Assembly (NCBI GenBank): GCA_038116375.1
Contig: JAYNUQ010000007.1
Span: 1,093 to 65,092 of the forward strand
DNA from: Candidatus Poseidoniales archaeon
GTDB lineage: Archaea; Thermoplasmatota; Poseidoniia; Poseidoniales; Poseidoniaceae
DNA length: 64,000 bases
Reading direction: 5' to 3'
This document shows positions 47,101-54,400 of this stretch, piece after piece. Below the pieces are notes generated by a model. It ran no database searches and was not told the DNA's origin. It saw only the letters and a program-made list of their open reading frames with translations. The stretch's first letter is position 1. Every line of letters begins with the position of its first letter. A program made the translations under genes and the position numbers.

Positions 47101-47690
47101 TCACAGGCCCGACCTGGACCGTGGAGGACCTCCCTGCTGGGACCTGGACCTTTGTCCTCACCGTGACCGATGACGACGGTGAATCAACGCAGACTGAAAT
47201 CATCGTTCTGGTGGCGGAGGCACCGGCTGAAGGAATTCTCGAAAGCATCACCAGCACCGTCGGCACCACGACGGCCGCCATCATCGGCCTTCTGGGCGTC
47301 ATCATCATCGGCCTTGTCATCTTCCTCCTGTTCACCCGTCAAGGCGCTGCTGCAACCGAAGACTACAGCATGTTTGACCAAAGTCAATACGCATCCGCCA
47401 AGACGACGGCACCGCTCCCTACGACACAACCGGGGGCTCCTGTGCAAGCATCACCCTCACCGGCTGCAGTCGCTCCCATGGAAACGCCCCAAGCGGTGAA
47501 CACAGGACCTCCGATTCCAGCAACGGGCCTTCCCGAAGGGTGGACGATGGAACAGTGGAATTACTACGGCGAGCAATGGTTGGCTGCAAATCCGCCTGCT
47601 CCAGCGCCGGTCGAACCCATAGTTTCACAAACTCCACCAACCCCTGCCTCAGCAGAGTTGCAATCGTTGCTTGACGATCTGGACTTCTGA
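44109..47690 (+). CDS. Giant (1193 aa) type I membrane-anchored surface protein, paralogue B of the preceding gene
   Basis: Start MLGRAVQAAFLVSLFVLSTGLGVV. The N-terminal ~330 aa align with paralogue A (DVPTYRVGDTWVYE / DVPTWRIGDRWIYA; NTYSPAKERHDFPLRNGDQW / TTYSPVNENYDFPLRIDERW; WYCPAVRGSVW / WYCPEVRNYAW; LKTYDP / LKRYDP). Same TDDDGA...LNVPPT repeats, TM IIGLLGVIIIGLVIFLLF, and tail GLPEGWTMEQWNYYGEQWL...ELQSLLDDLDF. Confidence 0.8.
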   Translation: MLGRAVQAAFLVSLFVLSTGLGVVESTLLREQNAEEYRSQSASGAVDVPTYRVGDTWVYETKFDVAQLLAQANVSASLNTLTGDTVNEVTDIFYETDDNGDTVLAYEIEISGSFTSGNNGATLEGTPGRLNIDYDGIDVLRARDLATITSDFTLDVRFRAFNLGFLEVTLGEVTFDNTYSPAKERHDFPLRNGDQWYMEFEATTEVSGTSDYFDPSEFDAQEDENNSWQVVKNEAPSEDGDTPQYTGCDDSYKISEWNATGVNLGFNWYCPAVRGSVWNRIVNPAGFTIDWLLKTYDPTDSNSVVSSSSPGGRNTQIHVSTGTTATLPDAIEQVSIEYNVAGSPSIPIKNTNLQLRYEIADTIINPTTDNNGRAQVSLNVSDEVDDTSASDDYTSNGVVVYDPVGDVVGATTIVQDLNVVGIDLVAQASSVIVERTRNGDTSTLGASIGYNALPGDVLSFSLPAQNRGVLTAPSTYMEIETPDGTVSRNALPTIAPYAEERVLVDWSVPANMPIGTAQLTFTVDPDENVTADANRSNNDASISVFIGRAPNASLVVDEGKYTYENITLNATQSFDIDGGDVDCRFEIESRAGLIDVIEAPGCWTQWNWSNSGSWSVKVLVIDEELDTDEMVVDVVVLNRAPSFNLTHPTSVEVESPITLEAVDIEDIDTSSPSGQQVSISWPGLDCEEGLTQSRCTFTPLFEGPINITAVATDDDGATTTLTSQVMVLNVPPTLSAPSLFKGGEEVLPDENGTWHLDEDEVALLRATASDTANDEGTVIIEWHPSLEDENWTISSIGIASSEAVSWNTSGMHTVQVRAIDADGASSDIQQAKVMIHNVPPTITGLPGNTPVFENDLLNLTVVASDTASDLPSLEVCWDLDAALDSDGDGVTDNDCELSGLNVAPSWDTRGVRMITVTVTDDDGAIAQQSMNVSVLNLPPTAVISELTVLDGLTEGDNLTLSGTNSLETAGDKEDLVYEWDSSHLDTDLDGEKTGDIDFTGPTWTVEDLPAGTWTFVLTVTDDDGESTQTEIIVLVAEAPAEGILESITSTVGTTTAAIIGLLGVIIIGLVIFLLFTRQGAAATEDYSMFDQSQYASAKTTAPLPTTQPGAPVQASPSPAAVAPMETPQAVNTGPPIPATGLPEGWTMEQWNYYGEQWLAANPPAPAPVEPIVSQTPPTPASAELQSLLDDLDF

Positions 47691-47699
47691 GGAAGCACC

Positions 47700-48272
47700 A
47701 TGGGAAGTTTGTGGAATTTTTTCGGCCTGCCCGACCCCGAGGGCGGAACGCCTGAGCCGCGCCCTCAACCGAACCCAGCCGAACAACGCCCCGTTTCGTT
47801 ATCGGCTTCGCCCGAACCCAATGCTCCATCAGAACCTGCTGTTGAGGCAACCGTCCCTCCCGCACGACGCCAGCCCAACATCAGCGGCTTACGCACACCC
47901 CCGCTGGGCTGGAACGGTCCAGTTACCCCTGACGGAGAGCCCTTTCACGACCTTGGCGTGGCGGTAGAGCGGCGACCACCGCCCCCGAACAAAGCCCTTC
48001 GCTACATCGCACCGGACGTCATGAAGCGCATTCCTACGAGGTCCATGTTGGAACGTGTGATGCAGGGCGATACGGCCATTGTTGACCTTCGTTCCCTTGT
48101 CCACATGGAAAGCCACCAAATGGCCTGCCGACGGGACATCAAACACATGGCCGATCAAGCGAGGGTCAGTGTGTTTTCTTTGGATGCAGAAGACAAATTA
48201 CTGATGATTCCAGGACAAAACGTCGTGGTTGACATGCACAAGCATGAATTGGGATTGACCCCCCTTCTCTGA
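47700..48272 (+). CDS. sepF: SepF-like (DUF552) cell-division protein with an N-terminal amphipathic helix and an unusually long Pro-rich linker
   Basis: MGSLWNFFGL resembles the SepF membrane-targeting helix. A ~100-aa Pro-rich linker follows. The C-terminal ~85 aa (IAPDVMKRIPTRSMLERVMQGDTAIVDLRSLVHMESHQMACRRDIKHMADQARVSVFSLDAEDKLLMIPGQNVVVD) fit the SepF core pattern (G..vivnL..l....a.R..D.l.G........i....lL..P.nV.V). Motif-level call only. Confidence 0.55.
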   Translation: MGSLWNFFGLPDPEGGTPEPRPQPNPAEQRPVSLSASPEPNAPSEPAVEATVPPARRQPNISGLRTPPLGWNGPVTPDGEPFHDLGVAVERRPPPPNKALRYIAPDVMKRIPTRSMLERVMQGDTAIVDLRSLVHMESHQMACRRDIKHMADQARVSVFSLDAEDKLLMIPGQNVVVDMHKHELGLTPLL

Positions 48273-48273
48273 C

Positions 48274-48840
48274 TCACATCATCGACGCGAGCGTTTCGAG
48301 AAAGGCCATCGCTTCGCCAGCAATGCCCAGCACGGTGCACTCGTCTCCCTCGACCAATCGAGCATGTTGCCCCATGAGCCCGTGAAGATCGTAGCCGCCC
48401 GCTTTTCCTTCCCACGAATTGGACGTCAGCAATTCCTCAAGTTGCTCAGGTGACAAATCGGGAATGGATACCAACGAAGATTCGCACCAATAGTGCCATT
48501 CTCCGTTCCAGCGAACGCCGGTGGCGGACCATACCTGATGAAGTCGCCCGCTGAGGCGATGGAGCATGATGGCGGCATGAGCAAAGTCTCGTGGTTTGCC
48601 CATGCTCAAGGAGTGGTCATCGGGGTCGCTGAGCATCGTATCGGAAACGATGACCACATCGTGCGTCGTTTCGGGTAAAGCTCGGGCTTTGCGTTGACAA
48701 ACGGTCAGCACCTGATGTTCAACCGTTCCCGACGGTGGCGTCTCGTCCACGCCCTTGAGGCCCTCGTGGATGAGGGAGGGAAAAAGTGGAGCCAGGAGGG
48801 TTTGACGTCGCTCTGAATTGGATGCCAACCAAACGTCCAT
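48274..48840 (-). CDS. maf: Maf-like nucleoside triphosphate pyrophosphatase (septum formation protein Maf family)
   Basis: VWLASNSERRQTLL, VIVSDTMLS...MGKPRD...A..ML..LSGRLHQVWSA and GKAGGYDLHG...LVEGDECTVLGI match Maf signature regions. I chose ATG 48840; the track ORF starts at 48882. Confidence 0.8.
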   Translation of the reverse strand: MDVWLASNSERRQTLLAPLFPSLIHEGLKGVDETPPSGTVEHQVLTVCQRKARALPETTHDVVIVSDTMLSDPDDHSLSMGKPRDFAHAAIMLHRLSGRLHQVWSATGVRWNGEWHYWCESSLVSIPDLSPEQLEELLTSNSWEGKAGGYDLHGLMGQHARLVEGDECTVLGIAGEAMAFLETLASMM

Positions 48841-48936
48841 GTCCTGAACGGGGCCATGCGGGCCTTGGAGATTGCCCATCAAATGCGTGGGTGATATTGA
48901 AGAATCGGAAGGTCCACCGAGAGACGAGTGAGCCCC

Positions 48937-49656
48937 ATGTCAGAGTTGGACCGAATCCCCACACACATTGAAGGCCTCGACGAAAAGATGCAGGGCGGCA
49001 TCCCTCAAGGCCACATCTGCATCGTCGCAGGCGCCTCGGGTGCCATGAAGTCAAGCCTGACGTTTTCGATGCTGTACAACGCCGTTCTCTACGGCGAGAC
49101 AAGCGGCATCTACGTCACCCTCGAGCAAGGAAAGGATTCGCTTCGCTCCCACATGGCGAACATGGGGATGAACGTGGACGACCCGCGTGTGCGAAACCGT
49201 ATTGCCATCATTGACCTGGCAGACCTGCGTGTTCAACTCGATGAGCAAGGCATGAGCAACCGCGTGGACTGGATGGGTCAACTCATCAAACAGTTGACGT
49301 CCTACCGCCAATCCATCGGGTTTGAACTTCTCGTGTTCGACTCACTGGGAGCCTTTTTCACGCTCACAAAAATGGAAAATCCACGCGACGAAATTTTCCG
49401 GCTCTTTGAAGCCGTGCGCCGCCTTGAACTCACGTCCTTCTTCATCTGTGAAATGACGGGTGATGACCACAAGCAATTCGGTGAATACGGTGTTGAAGAT
49501 TACCTCTCCGACGGCGTGATGCATTTGGTGATGGAACGGTCAGGGGACGACGTCCATCGCAAACTTGGCATTGTAAAAATGCGACACACCAACCACGTTC
49601 TTGGCTACAAGCCCTTCAATTGGAAAGAGGGTGAACAGCGCTTCACCATCGTTTGA
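48937..49656 (+). CDS. KaiC/RecA-superfamily ATPase-like protein (single KaiC-like domain) with a non-canonical Walker A
   Basis: DRIPTHIEGLDEKMQGGIPQGHICIVAGASGAMKSSLTFSMLYN has the KaiC/RadA-like N-terminus. Walker B-like LLVFDSLGAFF. The P-loop reads GASGAMKS rather than GxxxxGK[ST]. Confidence 0.75.
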   Translation: MSELDRIPTHIEGLDEKMQGGIPQGHICIVAGASGAMKSSLTFSMLYNAVLYGETSGIYVTLEQGKDSLRSHMANMGMNVDDPRVRNRIAIIDLADLRVQLDEQGMSNRVDWMGQLIKQLTSYRQSIGFELLVFDSLGAFFTLTKMENPRDEIFRLFEAVRRLELTSFFICEMTGDDHKQFGEYGVEDYLSDGVMHLVMERSGDDVHRKLGIVKMRHTNHVLGYKPFNWKEGEQRFTIV

Positions 49657-49658
49657 AT

Positions 49659-51482
49659 TCACTCGACCGTGACCGATTTGGCAAGGTTCCGTGGACGATC
49701 CACGTCTCGACCGAGTTTAACGGCAGTCTCGTAAGCCATCAACTGCATGGGCAACACCGTGAGCAACGGCGTCAACCAAGGGTGAATGGCAGGGACTGCG
49801 ATGGAAACATCGCCCTCGGATGCGATTGCATCACCCTTTTCGTGAATCAGGATGATCTTCGCACCTCTGGCTTTGCACTCGTGGAGCGCCGACATCGTCT
49901 TTTCTTTCAGATGGTCGTTGGGAGCGACCACCACGACGGGACTCCCCTCCTCGAGAAGTGCAATGGGGCCGTGTTTCATCTCCCCTGCAGGGTAGGCCAA
50001 GCAAGGGATGTAGGCCAATTCCATGAGCTTCAATGCACCTTCCTTTGCGACGGGCGCAGAGAGTCCGCGTCCCAAGAACAACACCGAATCCGCATCGCTG
50101 AGCAGGTCCACCGCCTCGTGAATTGGCCCAATATCCTCGAAGTAGGTCTCCATCAAGTGAGGTGCTTGCTGCAGGTGTTGAATCAACGCTCGGCCGTCGT
50201 CTTTGGAGAGGTGCCGTGTGCGTCCAAGTTGCGTGGCGAAAATGGTCAGAGCGGCCACCATGTTGGTGAACGCTTTGGTTGACGCAACGGATTGTTCGGG
50301 ACCCGAGTGAATGTAGACGCCTTGACCGCAGAGTCGGGCGATGGTGGAGCCAACGACGTTCACCACGCCAAAGACTTGGCCTCCTTTGAGTTTGATTTCC
50401 TTCACCGCCGAGATGGTATCTGCGGTTTCACCCGACTGGGAAACAGCAAGATAGAGGGCCTTCGGGTTGATCACGGGGTCGTTGTTTCGGAATTCGCTTG
50501 AGATGTGGGTCACGGCTGGAATGCGCCCCATTTTCTCAATCAGCATCTGCCCGATTTCTGCGGCGAACGCGGCCGTGCCACATCCGAGAAGGCGGACGTG
50601 CGGCGCTTGAACGAGGGTGTTGTGGTCGAGGCCCATACCGCCGAGGCGCCCGGTGCCCATCTCTCGGTCAACACGCCCACCAATGCACTGGCGCAAAGCA
50701 TCGGGTTGCTCGTAGATTTCCTTGTACATGTAGTGGGGTGCATCACCGAGTTCAGCCTCACCCCAAGCGTCTTCCAAAACCGTGATGTTGGGTTCCACTT
50801 TTCTTCCTTTTGTGGTTGTGATGCTGAAGGAACCTCTCTCGATCACAACCACATCGCCGTCTTCCAAATAGACCACACGCTGCGTGTGCGATGTTAACGG
50901 ATGCGGGTCGCTTGAAACGAACGTCTCGCCCTCTCCCTGCCCGATGATGAGCGGTGAGCCGTTGCGAGCGCAAATGAGCACATCGTGCTCTTTGAACAGA
51001 ATACAGAGGCCCCAGGTTCCTCGAACAACTTTGAGGGTGTTTTGGACGGACTCCAGAGGCGTTGCTCCAGCCTGCAGTTCCAGTGCCATCATCTGTACGA
51101 GCACCTCAGAATCGGTCTCGCTCACGCACTCGATTCCACGGGCGGCAAGTCCTCGTCGGAGATGCTGATAATTTTCGATGATGCCGTTGTGGACAAGGTG
51201 AATGGCCCCGTCCTGAGAGGCATGAGGGTGGGTGTTGACTTGCGTTACGCCGCCGTGGGTGGCCCATCGCGTGTGGGCGATGCCTCGAGTACCTTCCACC
51301 GTGCGGGGGAGAACCAACTTCAGGTCCGCAACCTTCCCCACGGTCTTGTGGGTGTGGATGGCCGAACCGTCGTCAACAGCAACGCCCGTGGAGTCGTACC
51401 CTCTGTATTCCAATCGTCGTAGGCCTTCAACCAAAATAGGGAGGGCTTGCTGATGTCCAATGTAGCCAAAAATACCGCACAT
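49659..51482 (-). CDS. glmS: Glutamine--fructose-6-phosphate aminotransferase (isomerizing)
   Basis: MCGIFGYIGH gives the N-terminal nucleophile Cys2 of the GATase-2 domain. Two SIS domains follow, and the C-terminus is KSVTVE. 607 aa. Confidence 0.96.
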   Translation of the reverse strand: MCGIFGYIGHQQALPILVEGLRRLEYRGYDSTGVAVDDGSAIHTHKTVGKVADLKLVLPRTVEGTRGIAHTRWATHGGVTQVNTHPHASQDGAIHLVHNGIIENYQHLRRGLAARGIECVSETDSEVLVQMMALELQAGATPLESVQNTLKVVRGTWGLCILFKEHDVLICARNGSPLIIGQGEGETFVSSDPHPLTSHTQRVVYLEDGDVVVIERGSFSITTTKGRKVEPNITVLEDAWGEAELGDAPHYMYKEIYEQPDALRQCIGGRVDREMGTGRLGGMGLDHNTLVQAPHVRLLGCGTAAFAAEIGQMLIEKMGRIPAVTHISSEFRNNDPVINPKALYLAVSQSGETADTISAVKEIKLKGGQVFGVVNVVGSTIARLCGQGVYIHSGPEQSVASTKAFTNMVAALTIFATQLGRTRHLSKDDGRALIQHLQQAPHLMETYFEDIGPIHEAVDLLSDADSVLFLGRGLSAPVAKEGALKLMELAYIPCLAYPAGEMKHGPIALLEEGSPVVVVAPNDHLKEKTMSALHECKARGAKIILIHEKGDAIASEGDVSIAVPAIHPWLTPLLTVLPMQLMAYETAVKLGRDVDRPRNLAKSVTVE

Positions 51483-51491
51483 GGAATCACT

Positions 51492-54400
51492 TCACAGGTC
51501 AAACGTCGTGTCGCAAACAGGGCACTTGATGCGCTTGAGCATCAGGTCTTTCACTCCAAACTTGGCCTGGCATGACGGACAGTTGACTTCACGTTTCAAG
51601 TCGGGAAGAGGCAGTGCGGGGGCAGGGAGCGGGAGGCTTCCGTTCAGAGGCGGTAGTGCAGCAGGCATCGGGAGGTCAGGGGCCGGCAGGGGCGGCAAAC
51701 CCTGCTGCAAAATTTCCGCCATCTCACGCTGCTGCTTCCGCTTCATTCGACGCTCAAGGCGAGCATTGCCTTCCCCTTCCTCCAGCTTCCGCTCGAGTTC
51801 TTTGGCAAGACTCTCCTCTTCATCGTCCAGAACGGCGGTGAGTTGCGATTCTTCGACGGTGAGTTCCTCGTCCTCATCGATGGAAACCAGAGGACCTGCG
51901 TCCTGCTCGGGGGTGATCATCAATTCAACGGCATCGCCATCTTCGCCCAATTCTTCCAAGAGTTCCTCGACTTCGTTTCGCGAGCGCCGAACCATAACGA
52001 CGACGACGCCGAGGAAAAGCACCAAAACACCCAAACTCACACCGAGAATACGATATTTCACTTCATCAGAGCCACCCGGCAGATAGTCGAGCAAGGTCTG
52101 GAGGAGACTCGGTGAATCAACCGGAGCGTTTGAACCCTTGAGAGAGGCGACCTTGCTCAAACTGAGTGAACCGCCGGGGGTTATGGAACAGATCACGGTG
52201 TCGTCTTCCATCACGCCGATGCCGAACAGATAGCCATCGTCGATCATGTTGGACATGCCATCGAGCGGCAGGCCGTCCTCATCGGCGATGAGCCCCATCC
52301 GATGAACGGGGCCGTAGACGTTGATCTCGTCGTGGTAAAGGAAGACGCCGTTCTCACGCAGGGCAAAGCCAAGCGTGGAAACGCCAGGTGCGAGGGTACG
52401 CTGCACCTCGTCACCGCTCCATAGGGAGTTGGTGTTGGCAACAACGACATTTGCAACCTTACCTTCACCTTCAATCCACGTTGCAATGAGCCGGTCTTCT
52501 TCGTCTTCGACGAGAACCTCCATCGTCGGTTCGTGGGCGTTATCGCCCACAGAATACTGGAAACTCCACGATGGAGACGTGTGGGGGCCGTGGGTGTACA
52601 TCAATCCAACCCGCTCGATGCCCGATACGTCGTCCCTGTATTCCTGATACAAGAGGTGGAGGTATTCTTCCCCCAGTCCGACGGCCAGCGGTTGAACGTC
52701 CCCTGGTCGAATGTCAATATCGGACAACACGGTCAGCGGACTCGTCCATGAATTGCCTCGGTCGGGTGAGGTGGAGGAGATGACAAAGAGGGACGTGATG
52801 TCCTGCCACGAGCCGCTGGTTGAGAGGTCGCGATGATACCCAGCAAGAACCATCGTTCCGTCGTATTGGTCGAACGTGAAACCGTAATACGACCCTTCCG
52901 AGAGTTTGAGCGCTGGCATGTGATAGTGCTTTGGCGTGGTTTTCCCAGCAGCAGAGATGGACGTCATCGCAATGTCCGTGAGAAGGTAGCCTTCAACGCT
53001 CAGTGAGCGTCGGGTCCAAGCGACCTGAACAAGTCCGTCATCTCGCTGATAGACGGCCAATTCGCCGCCCCAATTCTCCTCGAGCACAACACCGCCCACC
53101 ATGGCCAATGTTGACGTGATGGTTCGTGCGTGAAGTTCGCCGTCCACGGTGGTGAACAACAAGCCACCTTCGTCGAGGCCAACGAAATCTACGGCCACTT
53201 CTCCGTTCGCAAGCGACACCCCAACCTTCGACCCTGCCTGCACCTCGGCGACGGTGATGTTGAATCGGAGTTCACTGTGCTCGATTTCAACCCCTGAACC
53301 GCTGAGAACAGCGCGATAGGAAACCGTGCCCGTTTGGTCGTGAACGTCCGCGAATCGAGCGAAAGTGTAGCCGGAGGTGGTGCTCGACCCGGGAACCAAG
53401 GCCACCGTTTGGTCGTCGAGTCGCTGCCAGCCGACCTGCTCAATCCAGCGTTCAAGACCGAGGTTCAGTCCACTTGCGTCGGTTTGACCGAGGTTGTCCA
53501 CCCGGAGCCGGATGTCATAGGGCGTGTCGGGAACGGGGACATCGGGTGAGGTTCGAGCGGCCCCTGGAAGGAAGCGAAGCATGGGTTCAACAGGTCGTTC
53601 GTCGATGGTGAAACTGAAGGTGTATTCGTTATCGCTTCGGTCGGGGTCTTCATACTGCTGAGACGGGTCGATCGAGAGGGTAACGTCATGCGTTCCCGCT
53701 TCCGTAGCCCACCAGTAGAGGGTGACGCTCACGCTCTCGCCCTGCTCCAGCGACAAGACTTTGCCTTCGGATGGATAGGTGCTTGAATCACTGCCAGGTC
53801 CGTCAAGGGTGAGGTAGACCTCATTGGCGTCGAGGTCGCCAATGTTCCTCAAGCCAAAACGAACCTCGAGAACGGTTCCTGCCACCGCCGTGTTGACCGG
53901 TAGCCCACCGTCGTAAATGCCCACGGTACCGGTGAAGGCAAAGTTGGGGGCGGCGGGAAGGTTGTCCACTTCGTAGGTTCGCTTCACCACGTCGCTGCTG
54001 ACCCCTGATGTGTTCACCATACGGACGCTGATGCGGTGGGAGCCGTCCCCAACGCCGGTTGAGTCCCAAGAGAACGACCAGTCCTGAACGCCTTCCTCTT
54101 GCTCGTTGAGCGTGTCTCCGAGCTGCCAGTCATCGCTGTCGACCTTGTACTCGATTCGGTCATGGTCAAGTCCCTCGACCGTTCCAGAAAAGTCAACCAT
54201 GCCAACCAACGCCGTTCCAAGCGGAGGCTCGGAGATGGAGACCGTCATTCGGGCGAATCTGACGATGCGAACATCGACCACGGAGGCCTCGCCAGCCTCG
54301 TTCAGTGCTCTGGCATAAATCAGCGTGTAGGCCTCATCGGCATCGACCCAATCGTCGTCAACGGTGATGTCAAAGTACCAATCTTCAACGGTGCCGTCCG

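Noticed and set aside
40524-47690. Possibility that the tandem variable surface-protein genes are targets of a diversity-generating retroelement or a phase-variation cassette
   Set aside because: There is no reverse transcriptase, no template/variable repeat pair, no invertible-repeat-flanked promoter and no recombinase gene anywhere in the window. Nucleotide similarity between the paralogues is confined to the tail-motif region.
47700-49656. SepF-like / Maf / KaiC-like trio as a candidate defence or toxin-antitoxin module
   Set aside because: The genes are in mixed orientation, each fits a housekeeping family, and no nuclease, sensor or effector domains typical of defence systems are present.
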